A DNA stretch of 64,000 nt from Paraphysomonas bandaiensis. Taxonomy: Eukaryota; Protista; Chrysophyceae. The notes beneath the pieces are model-generated. The model worked only from the letters and a program-made list of their open reading frames with translations. It did not search any database and was not told where the DNA came from. Shown here piece by piece: positions 48,811 through 60,100 of the stretch (the stretch's first letter is position 1; each line of letters begins with the position of its first letter). A program made the translations under genes and the position numbers. The stretch is from NCBI GenBank assembly GCA_965644295.1, contig CBFFRP010000068.1, positions 1 through 64,000 on the forward strand, read 5' to 3'.

Positions 48811-49138
48811 GTACACCTCTGATACTTCTCTATATATCAACAAATCAGATAACTTCATAATAATATTCTCTAATTTGATTCGTTCATATTAACCAAATTG
48901 CTTGTTAACTGAAATTTTTAACAATACTATCTTCTATTATACGAATGGATGCATCATCTACTGGACATACATGTGTGATATGAGCATAATAAAGCTTGAA
49001 ACGAATCAAAAGGATATAATTCTTATTAACAAACTATTGAAGTAGTGTAACTCTATCCTGTCATCTCATTTCTAATTGTATTAATCAATTATATAGTAAG
49101 CATTCACTGTATTACATCATATTACACGTATACACTAT

Positions 49139-50331
49139 ATGACAGATATCACAGAAGGGGTCATTAAACAGAAGAGTTATACATATAGTGATGGTAGTGT
49201 ATATTGTGGGGAGGTGTGTGTATATTGTCATATTTTTTTATAGTTTAATGTTTATTTAGTGGAAAGATGGTAAACGTAGTGGGAAAGGTACATTACAACA
49301 GAATAGAAACTATGCGATTTAATTCCTGTATTGTAGGCCGTATTGTTTATTCCAAGAATAGTATTACTTATGATGGAGAATGGAAGAATGATGTAAAACA
49401 TGGAAAAGGAAAAATAATGTAAGAAATAATTGCAAATTGTTTATTTCTATATATTTCTGAAGCGATATACAGTTATGCTGATGGATCAGTGTATGAAGGG
49501 GACTTCAAATTTGGACGCAAGGAAGGTCAAGGTGTACTTCAATACTCTAATGGTGGTCTTTATGTTGGACGATTCCTCGACAATAAACGTAATGGTCGAG
49601 GTAAAAGTGTAGACTAATTCCTCTATTTGGAAATGCTTAATTGTGGTACAATAGGGAAGATGGTGAATCATGAGGGCGATATATACGAAGGTGGATGGCA
49701 AGATGGCGTCATGCATGGGCAAGGAATGATGACGTATGGTATGTTCATTCAGTTATATGAAGTTCTCAATAATGTTCGCTAATGAAAAATATTTGTTATT
49801 ATTCCTGTATTCCTCGCAGAATATTGATGCTAGTGCATTGTATGTCTCAAGAAAGTGCTGATTAAACATGATTTAGTGTCGGGTGATGTATATGAAGGGG
49901 AGTACTGTGAAGGTCTTCCACATGGGCAAGGGAAATTCACAGAGTAAGTATTCGTAATACAAGAATCTAGTAATACAAAAACCTGTGTTATTATGTTATC
50001 ATACTAAATGCCATGTTCTTATGTATGCAGACGTGAAGGTGGACATTATGAAGGCGAGTGGGTAACTGGACAGAGGAGTGGACAAGGTAGATACACGAAT
50101 GCTAGTGGAAGCGAGATATACGACGGTATGTCCTTATATAACTGGATACTTCTCCCAATTAGCTGGAACGTTATTGGTGTACTAGGTGATTTTTTTGAGG
50201 GTCAAAGACACGGAGAGGGTCAGGTATTACGCATTGACCCCAATACAAAGGAAGAATATATATGGATTGAGGGAACATGGGATCACGATGACCTTGTGTG
50301 GCGCAAGGGCATGGCTTGTATTGTGAGCTAA
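49139..50331 (+). CDS. MORN repeat protein (many short exons; 3' end may extend to a further exon)
   Basis: Repeated Y-x-G-x-W/F-x-x-G-x-R/K-H-G-x-G units (YDGEWKNDVKHGKG, YEGDFKFGRKEGQG, YEGGWQDGVMHGQG, YEGEWVTGQRSGQG). Confidence 0.9.
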
Positions 50332-50872
50332 TATTGGCCTACTGATTAAATTCATAGTATAGCGGACAGGACATGACATTGAGGTGTTACAGTATGTATT
50401 AGCTTATAGTGTATTCTGTCATAGGTCCTTCAACTCAACTTTGAAGGGTGCTTTAATGCCAGCCCTATAGCATTCAGTGAATTAGTTTCAATGTATGTTT
50501 TGAATAAAATTTGTGTTATTAGCAGTAATAAACGAAGCTTTGCTCTACGAGCGTTTCCTTTTCGCTACTGTGTAATATGGTTTTGAGGCGTTCAAGTTGT
50601 ATGTTATATACAAAGCACTTTGGTCATGTATGGCTAAAGGCTTGAGTGTTTTTCCCGTATGAAGGGGAGGCTCTTGACGAGGACGAATGATGTGTGGCTA
50701 CCAAATTAGTATATATTTTAAACTATATTATCTTTTAAACTGTATTAATCCTACGCCATGATTCGTAATTCATATATTTTTCAATGTCATAATTGTTTTT
50801 CAATGTCATATATTGCAAAAACAACAATTAAGCTACTACAACATCATATATATACTAGGTACGATTTATTAA

Positions 50873-52474
50873 TTACAGAGAAATTGAAGGCCTAGAATTC
50901 ACAATAAAAAATTCTTCGATCTGTTCCAACGTGAGTCCTTTTGTCTCAGGAACGCGCTTTATAATGATAAAATACCAACCTACAGCAAGAATAATAGCGT
51001 AAATAAGAAATGTCGCAGATTCACCAATGGTATCCAACTCCACAGCAAACGAAAAAGTAACGACAGCATTAAAAAAGAAATTCGTAACTACAGCAGCACT
51101 AACTGCCCTTCCTCTAACATCCAGTGGAAAGAGCTCCGATATCAACAACCAGGCAATCGGCCCGAATCCAACTTGATATCCACCAATGTATAGAAATAAA
51201 GCTCCAAGAATAGTCGACTTCAATAAATTCAAGCCACCAACACCGCAACAGGAACATGGTGTCGTATCATCATGACACTTACATCCAGGAGCCCAATAAC
51301 AAAGATCAGGGCAGTCGGACTCAGAAATCATCTCATTGCATTCTTTCTCGCCCATGTATGGGTGGGTGAAGGAAATAGATAGAATCACAAGAGCGGAGAG
51401 CATCATCCCACACCCAATATAAAGAAGTTTTTTTCTTCCAAATCGATCCACACATAATGTTGACGCTGATGTGGCTATGAACTTAAAGACTGCAATATAG
51501 ATGGCTGCACCAGTATCCAGGCCCACGTCAGCGCAGAGCGTTGAAGCGTAATACAGCACACTTGGCTGTCCGGTAATCTGTTGTAATATTATCACCCCTA
51601 ACCCTGCCTGCAATGCCCCGCAAACAGAAGGTCGAGTGAGAGCCTGCCAGGACCCTCCTAATCGAGGCTCTGATGCAGCTGATGCCACTTCACGCAAATC
51701 GCGAAGTTCGACTTCGTCCACCACCGGCGAAACAAATTCCATTGAGCATTTAGCTTCACTAAAACGACCTTGTAATGCCAGCCACCTGGCTGAGGGAGGC
51801 AAAAATGCAATACCAACGCACATGACGACAGATATAGGCATCGCGATGCCATACACAAGCCTCCATCCTCCAGGGGTGTGTCGATAGGAATACGCAAGTG
51901 AATATCCAAGCAACATTCCCAGTACGATAAAACTTTCTTTCATAGACACCAATGCTCCCCGTATGGACGGCGGTGACATTTCTCCTATATAAGCAGGGGC
52001 ACTGTGCATAGAAAACCCACAGCCTGCACCATATACCAATCGCCCGATGAACAATAGAGTGATACTCAGAGTTGGTATCATATCTTCCGACCCACACATA
52101 TATTCCATAAATGAACCCAAAAAATATAAAATCGATGCAAAAATAAGTATTTTTTTCCTACCATATATATCAGCTATATAGAAACATACCATACTGCCAA
52201 TCATAGCACCCAATACGACAGTAGATGTAATCAATCCTTTCAATATATAGTTATGTGCTACAGTATTATACCATACGATATTAGAGTATTGAGAAGATGT
52301 CATTTGAGTTAAACATCCACTAGTTGCTCCAATATCATAGCCGAATAAGACCCCACCAATAGCTGGAAATAGAAATATATATAGAACAGATAGATTATTA
52401 TATGATCTTGTATTATTGGAAGAGATATGAGGGGGGAGTAATGGTTGATGTTCAGAGATATTATGTGAATTCAT
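50873..52474 (-). CDS. MFS sugar porter (xylose/H+ symporter-like, VGT-like), intronless
   Basis: LFGYDIG, ADIYGRK, YIGEMSPPSIRG, PPSARWL, QQITGQPSVLYY, DRFGRK, GPIAWLLISELFPLDVRG, VPETKGLTLEQIE. Confidence 0.95.
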   Translation of the reverse strand: MNSHNISEHQPLLPPHISSNNTRSYNNLSVLYIFLFPAIGGVLFGYDIGATSGCLTQMTSSQYSNIVWYNTVAHNYILKGLITSTVVLGAMIGSMVCFYIADIYGRKKILIFASILYFLGSFMEYMCGSEDMIPTLSITLLFIGRLVYGAGCGFSMHSAPAYIGEMSPPSIRGALVSMKESFIVLGMLLGYSLAYSYRHTPGGWRLVYGIAMPISVVMCVGIAFLPPSARWLALQGRFSEAKCSMEFVSPVVDEVELRDLREVASAASEPRLGGSWQALTRPSVCGALQAGLGVIILQQITGQPSVLYYASTLCADVGLDTGAAIYIAVFKFIATSASTLCVDRFGRKKLLYIGCGMMLSALVILSISFTHPYMGEKECNEMISESDCPDLCYWAPGCKCHDDTTPCSCCGVGGLNLLKSTILGALFLYIGGYQVGFGPIAWLLISELFPLDVRGRAVSAAVVTNFFFNAVVTFSFAVELDTIGESATFLIYAIILAVGWYFIIIKRVPETKGLTLEQIEEFFIVNSRPSISL

Positions 52475-53245
52475 GTTTGGTGTTGATTATTATGATATGA
52501 ATATATGGGTTGAATTAATAGAATAGATCAGAGGAATGAAGATCTAGATGGAGCGACGTCTATCTACTGCTAGTACTGCTGTATCTGGTGTATGTGGAGT
52601 GGAGTCTACAGTCTACAGCAGTCTACAGTGTCAACCATAGTAGGAATCCTACGAATTTATTTGGTTGGAATTCTTTGAAAAATATACCTTTTCCCAATAT
52701 ACAAACCTCAATATTCTTAAAAAACAGGCATATCTCACTCCTCATACTAGAAGTCGTACACAACAGGCATCATACCATCAAAAAAATATATCAAAAATAG
52801 AGTTCTTGTTCAATGTCAAGATGTACGTCGTAAGAATTCCAAGATAGGACATTTTTTTTGTTCAAAAAATGCCTCAAATATTTTGAAAACCCCATTGGAA
52901 TTCTGGAAAAAGTCGACCAGATGGGAATATGTCGAAAAATGGGGCCCGCCCTACTGTACGTCGTATATTGATCATCAAAAAACAGTATATTTCCTACAAG
53001 GAATTGTTGTATTCCAGCCGTAGTCAAACATACTGTATACAAGTATATGCTATACAATGTGTGTTGCAGTGTGGGTTCGTAGTTGGGTGACAGAATTCCA
53101 GGACATAAATTTTATATGCTGGTCCAACTCTGCAATACTGCAATACCTCAATACTGCACTGCAATGGCACATGCAGATAGATACAGTAACATAACACACA
53201 TCACAATTCTATCTACAATCTACCCTAGATTACAATTAACATACA

Positions 53246-54891
53246 ATGAATTTTGATGAAATTCCGATGATATCATGGCTTGGAGAGGATTGTATAAGTG
53301 TTGCGGACTCCAATTTGATGTCAGAGGATATCATGGATATTGATCTGGGGTAATCTTCCATTCCCATTGGGACTTGTTGCACAACCTTGTTCTATATGGC
53401 ATTAGTTATTCCCTTGAATTGTATAGTATATATATCTAATTACAATCTATAGGAGCAATGGACCACATGAGACTGATGAGACTGATAAGATCGATGAGAC
53501 TTATGAGACTGATGAGACTGATAAGATCGATGAGACTTATGAGACTGATGAGACTGATAAGATCGATGAGACTTTTGAGACTGATGAGACTGATAAGATC
53601 GATGAGACTTATGAGACTGATGAGACTGATAAGATCGATGAGACTTATGAGACTGATAAGGTCGATGAGACTGATGAGGCTGATGAGGAACTTATGTAAT
53701 ACTTCACTGCTTTTTAACTATATGAATAATATAAATTATAGGGGCCTTATTGATGAATTGATGTCTATAGAGGAGGGTACTGTGTTTGGTGAGGTGATCA
53801 AGGCATACGTTGGATTTGCCCTTCATATTGAATTTCAGAATATAACGTAATAGTTCATTACTTTTAAAATCTTTGAGTGATAATAAATTGTAGAAGCTTT
53901 TGTTCACCATCGAGCATCGCCTTGAACACGATTAATGGCAATCAGAGTATTGAAGTGGTAAGTTTTATGAAGATTATCAGTACTATGTGATTATCGACTT
54001 AATATTTAGGAATATATTGATGAAAAGTTCTTGCCAAATGAAAACATTGTGGTAGTCAATCTTCGTATCCTTGATTCCGAGAATAATAAGCTCTTGGTGG
54101 GAGAAGAGTTTAATGCATCGATATGGAATATGGGCAATGTCAGTCCTATTAAGTTTCGCCTAATGGGTTGCAAAATCGAGGTTGAAAACTTGGATAATAC
54201 TAAAATAACACAGTATGTTAATGCCCCTACAACTGCATGTTACAAGAAAATTGAGTTAAGTATTCAAGATACTGACAATGAAATTGTCAATTTTGAAGCC
54301 GCAACTATCGAAATGTCTCTGTGGTATGCCGATACACGTGACACAAAGTACGGCGAAACCGAGAGGGTGCGACCAGGTACACCATTCATGATAAATGACA
54401 AGGCCGTCAATGTTATACTATGCGGAGAGGATTACATGAAAATCAAACCCGCGCTATCTGGCTGCATGCACTTGAAACAATTTGAAACGAACAGTGGTCA
54501 TTTTGTTGTCAATCAAAAGTTACCTCGTAATATACATAGTTCTGGGGTAAAATGTATAACTTTGATCAAAGTGATGGTAGAAAATACAGTTTTAACTGCT
54601 TATTGTGGTCCTTACTTGGTTAAGACGAGATGTGATCCTACTGCAAAAGATGATCGTCTTAATCAAATTTTTAATCAAACGACAAAAGGTTTGAAGGCGT
54701 CTGCTATCGCTACCGTTAAAGATTGCAATACGAATTTGGATACAGTTGTTTTGGCTGCTGAGTTTGCTGCTCATGCATATATGGTGGGCTTTAGGGAGTA
54801 TTTAAAAAAGCAGTGCAAGCGCGCCCGGGACAACGACGGTATCGACATTTATACAAGCCGAAAAAAACCTTCCCAGTTGCAAACGTTTTGA
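53246..54891 (+). CDS. Hypothetical protein with acidic tandem repeat (5 exons)
   Basis: Phase-compatible introns link MNFDEIP...DLG|SNGPH(ETDETDKIDETY)n...EELM|GLIDELM...NIT|SFCSP...IEV|EYIDEKFLPNENIV... to stop 54891. Confidence 0.75.
53468..53688 (+). repeat. Coding minisatellite (9-bp subunits in a 36-bp higher-order unit)
   Basis: GAGACTGAT GAGACTGAT AAGATCGAT GAGACTTAT repeated about 6 times. Confidence 0.95.
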
Positions 54892-55528
54892 CTGATAATT
54901 GAGTAAAGAAACAAACTCTCGAGTGTTGAAATTTGTGAACGAGTACTATACTTACTCGGATAAGCAATATATGTGCTATCGATTCAATATTGATGATAAA
55001 TATGATATTAGCACTGAAATACACAGTCTAACTTTCATGTAGTAGTTTAAAAACTAACATAGCAAATGTTATTACACATTTCCCCGGAAAATCTGGAACA
55101 TCTAAAAGAGTAATAATGTCTTATTTTTAAAAGATTATGGTAATTCAAAATCCCTTTCCTCATCCTGAATGAATATGTTATCAGAACAAGATATGTTACG
55201 TAACTTTAAGCAAGGTGCAATGACGAATCAAGAATAGCTACCAGACACTACAGTCCTTCTGAAGAGACGATCAGCATGATGTCAATGCAAGTGATCTATC
55301 TTTCAACCAAGTTATTTCTCATATGATATGTACAGGAGTCAAGTGACTCATATGGCACTCATCTGGGAAGTAAACCGTTGTGCTTAAACACATAGTCTGA
55401 TCTAACTTTACTTGTACTTGAAGATTTAAGATAATTATGTACACTTTACACGACCAATAACGTAACATATTGCTAGAAGAGTAACACATACTGGCAATTG
55501 TTTATACTACAATTAAACTACATCAATA

Positions 55529-56267
55529 TTATATTTTGAGTTTCGGAATTGGTACACTAGGGCGTCTAGTTGGTGCTGGAGCTGGAGTTCCAAACGTCGC
55601 ATATGAGGCTTGTGATGACCTATCAGAAGCACGAGTTGACACACTAGACGTATCTGACCAACGACGAGCTGAATGGGCGCGTGGTTTAGCACCTTGTCCA
55701 CCAAGCGCCTCTCCCAAAGCCCCACGTTGAACACTTACGAGCTTGTGGAGAACATCTCTCTTCTGCTTCAATAACATCAACTGCACAAAGCATATATACC
55801 CCTTAAATCAGAACAACAACGAATAATAAAAGTACCTTCTTCTTCTCCGCATACTCGTCAAACCTTTCACGGCTACGATACTGCGCCATCCTAGCCTGAT
55901 GCTCCTCTACTCTAAATTCTTCTTGCTGAAATTTATGCAGAGATGGTGACACGAACCGGTTGGCATTCATCTTTTCTAATTTAGGGGGCACTTTCCCAAC
56001 TGGTTCTCGGTGTGTCATATCAATTTCTCCTCTCTGAACTGCAGTTGTAACCTGTTCTAACTCTGAAACAAGGTTTTTTATTCTTTCTTGGTCATGAGCC
56101 CTCTCTCTTTCATGTCTCGCACGCAGTTCCTGTTGTCTTAATATATGTGGAGCCTTAGCCATTTGTTTAGCACGTTTCTTTTCATTTTTCTCTGCCTCTT
56201 TTATTGTTTCCATAAGAGCCTTACGTTGAACATGAGTTATATCTTCCACTGTGCGACACTTTTTCAT
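55529..56267 (-). CDS. Hypothetical coiled-coil protein (2 exons)
   Basis: ORF 56267-55836 splices (AAG|gtac...gcag|TTG) to LMLLKQKRDVLHKL...PKLKI*. Confidence 0.75.
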
Positions 56268-57157
56268 ATTTATAGAGAACTAAATCTATTAATTAGCTTT
56301 ATTTAATGAGTAAACATGTTATGAACACAAGTACATAATAAGAGGATAATAGATTGATAGAAGAGTTTCGTAGTTATTCTTAAGAGTGTTTGATTAGAAA
56401 GAATAGACGACTATAACACTATTAAAACACATCATATATATGTATGTATCAGGTGCTTATGTATGTATGTACAGTATGTACATGTACAGAGTCAGTTATA
56501 CACATATACATACCATACTATCGTATATAAACAGGCACTACATACAGTATATATGCAGACAAACACAACAGATAGTGCACACAAAAACATAAAAAAGACC
56601 GATATTATAATACTGTACCTGGTATAGCATACTGCTCTACACTGCCATACATATCAAAAAATTCGAAAATACAAGAATTATAGATCCTAAAACTCCTGAA
56701 ATATATAATTTAATACTTTTTCAACTTTTTGTCAATTTGTTCATTGTATATTTCATTAAAAAGTCACTTTTTTTCACTTTTCACTGAAAAAACGATGATT
56801 TTTCAATGAACTTCTGTCGTTTTACTTGGTATGCAATGAAAATATTTTAAAGTCTCTACAATCAAAGTGTATGATAAATTATGACATATAGACTCATATC
56901 ACTATCATTAATCTTCATTGAGATAGTTATGATATGATCATATTATTCAAATTAATCATTATACATTATAATCTGTATATATATACACAGGTATGTCCCT
57001 CTAATATATACATACATACATAAACACTCCTAACTTAACATATACAGAATAATATGTATGTGATATACATATAAATCATATACTTTCTTGTTCATATTAA
57101 AACACACACACACATATATATATACATATATAGATCATAATACTATTCATCTACAGT

Positions 57158-60100
57158 ATGCATATTGAAGATCCTCAACTTATTATAAAAAAAACGAATG
57201 ATGTTTTAAAAGCATCTCAATTAAATGCAACATTAATATCAATTAAACAATTAACAATTGCTGCACCTGTTTTATTTGTTAAAGTTTATGAATCATTATT
57301 TGGTAAATTAAATGGAATTAACTATTCACCGGCAAGGGAAGAAGATCATATCAATAATATATCTCTGGTATTGAAAAGCTTATATCAGTTGTTTCCAGAT
57401 GAATCTCTTCGTCAAACTTGTGCTCATGATATTATATGTGGAGATAATGTTGCACTCGCAGCAGTGGTGAATGCTTTTCATTGTTACACCCAGAGTGGGA
57501 AGGATGAGCAGAATGGTATATTTTCAGATAGCAATGTCGATTTGAACCGAAAGTTGTATACAACGAAGAGGCAGGACTTAATTCCTGGAGAATTGCGTAC
57601 ACTTGTGGATAGAGTGACTTATTTGGAGGGAAAGCTACACGAAGTGAATGCCGAAACTCATTCTAACACAACCAATAACAGAAGGAGTGGCTCACCTAAT
57701 AAAGGAGATCAAAGAAGAAATCATAGTAACAATGTGACTCCTAAGAAAAAAAGGTCGAAGAGTGCTCGTAAATCTCCCACGAAAGCATACGAAATTGGCT
57801 TGCCGTCACAACGGTTTGACTCAGATCACCTTCGTCGTGTTGGTCGAACATATCCCTCTGAAAGTGATACCGGCGGAGACAAAGGCAGAAAGGAAATGGC
57901 CCATAGTAAAAGTACACCGAATTTGCGCCCAACGAGTGCTCCATTAGGCCGAGGTAGACAGCAAGCGTCCGATATGAGAGTTGCATTTGGGAGGTAACGT
58001 AACATCACCCTTGCAACACCACGATTTGCCATTGTTTATACCGTTGTGTGGGAATTTAATATAACGATCATACCCCGTGCCATGTAGGTGTGTTGGTGAG
58101 AGAACGCCAGATGATTCCCCTCCAGCTCAACCGTACAGGGATAATGGGCTCTATACGTATGACACATGGTCCGGGCGTAGAGTTTTGACTTGTGATTTGG
58201 AACGTATTCAAATGCGACGTCGAAAACAGTTTTTGGATACGACAGAACCTAAGAAAGGCCCCAGCGTTAGTAAGGGCCATTCTGCCTCACGGCTGACTAT
58301 TACCGAGGCAGAGTTTCCAGGTAAAACTTCTGTTTTTTTGTTGAGAAGTTGTTTATGTTGTCTTGTTGCTATCTTGCGCGATTATCTGTTTGTATAAACG
58401 ATGTATCTTATTTGTTGTCTTGACATTGTAGGCCATCGGACCGAGCAGAGTGTGGAACAATTCAACTCAAAGATGAAATCTTTTCGTGAGCCCACAGTGA
58501 AAGATCCCTGGGATTTTCTTGCTGCCGCTCGGGTACTCAACTCCTACCGTTATATGTCTCCTCAAGATATTTTAATCTCTGTGGAGCACTGTCATTCCTG
58601 TGGCTCCCACCCCCTCTCTCTTTGGCACGATGAAGGAGAGTATATTCAGCATGCCACGGATATATTACGTCACCTCACAATGGTTGCTCACACATACTCC
58701 CCATGTGCACGTGTCGGAGTCATCATGTTTCCCGCTTCCATAGGTCCCCAACCTACTCCGAATGCCCCATCTCGCATTGGAGCCCTTGAAGTTCAGGTAG
58801 CGTATAAGTCGACAAGTCAGCAAGTTATTCCTGAACTTTTGCATTCTAAACTGAAAACGCGCCGGTGGCCATCTAAATCGGTGCTTGAGAAGCGAATGAC
58901 GGCGTTTTTGACACAACAAAATGACATTCAAACATATTCGAATGATACAGGTAATACGTATTCGGGCGAGGCTGAGGAGGGTATTGCTCCATACCCAGTG
59001 GGGATAGGGCCATGGGAAGAAGTACCACTCGCTTGCAATACGTGGAGGTACGAACTACCTCCAGTCCCGAAGGCGACTAAGAGATCACTAGCCGACGCCA
59101 TTCAATGGGCTTTTGACTCACGGAGTTATGGGCATTTTCCGAAATATACTTCCGGTACCAGAGTTCGTATTCATTCATTGAACAACCCCTGGGGTGGAGT
59201 TGAAAAATACAGCCTAAGCGGTGTAATCAAGGATTCGTACAAAGACATTTCAAGTAATATGAATATGGTGAAAGTGTGCCTGCAGTACTATGAAAACGCC
59301 GACAGCTGTGTGATTTGTGCGGAGAGTAGCTGCATTCGGTTGAACGATATGGACGAACATGCCGCACCGACGGAACTGGAATGTGTTGAAAATGGAATGC
59401 CCAAGGCATTGCATAGTATCCTTTGTTACTGTATAGAGGAAGCGCTGACCCCATGGCAGCAACTTGAGGATATGGACCGAGTAGATATTGATAGTAAACA
59501 GATTACACACTATCATATTTGTCGGTCGTCTTTTTATAGGCAAATAAGGGAGCTGGTGTGGTGTGGAATTAGAGCAAGACCGGGAGAAAACGATACCATG
59601 CAGGATTGTACCAATCCCGACGAACATGTTGACGTACAGCTGGCATATTCTGAACCTGCACTTGAATGGGTATTTGTTAGATACGGCGTTTTGGCTGATA
59701 TCTCTGACTTACTCGAGTTAGCTGCTTCAATCGTTCAGAACAGGAATCAGCCTGTTGAAGAAGATAAGGATATCGTAACAGATGTCCCACGTACGAATGG
59801 TGATACTGAGAAGAATGTAGGCGATTTTCAGGAGCCAAAGGATGAAGAATTGCTGACGACGAGATCTCAGAAAGATCAAGAACGGGAAGAAATTCTGATG
59901 TCTATATCTCATGCTGTCCACGAGGACGACAACTATGACACTGTCATCAGGAGCACTTCTGCAAGTGATATTGCTGTGTCTCTGAGAAGCAAGATTCAAC
60001 AAGTGTGTCTATCTTTGGCCCCACCACAGGAGGATACTGGTGTGGATGGCGGAGAGACTATTCAAAACAGCAAGTATCGGCTCGGCGCGAAAAAGTTGTT

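Noticed and set aside
53458-53850. MRLMRLIRS repeat ORF, or a CRISPR-like array
   Set aside because: Wrong frame of a coding minisatellite; no unique spacers and no cas genes in a eukaryotic context
58568-58620. Selenoprotein (SelT/W/H-like) call
   Set aside because: The motif is CxxC encoded by TGT codons; no in-frame TGA
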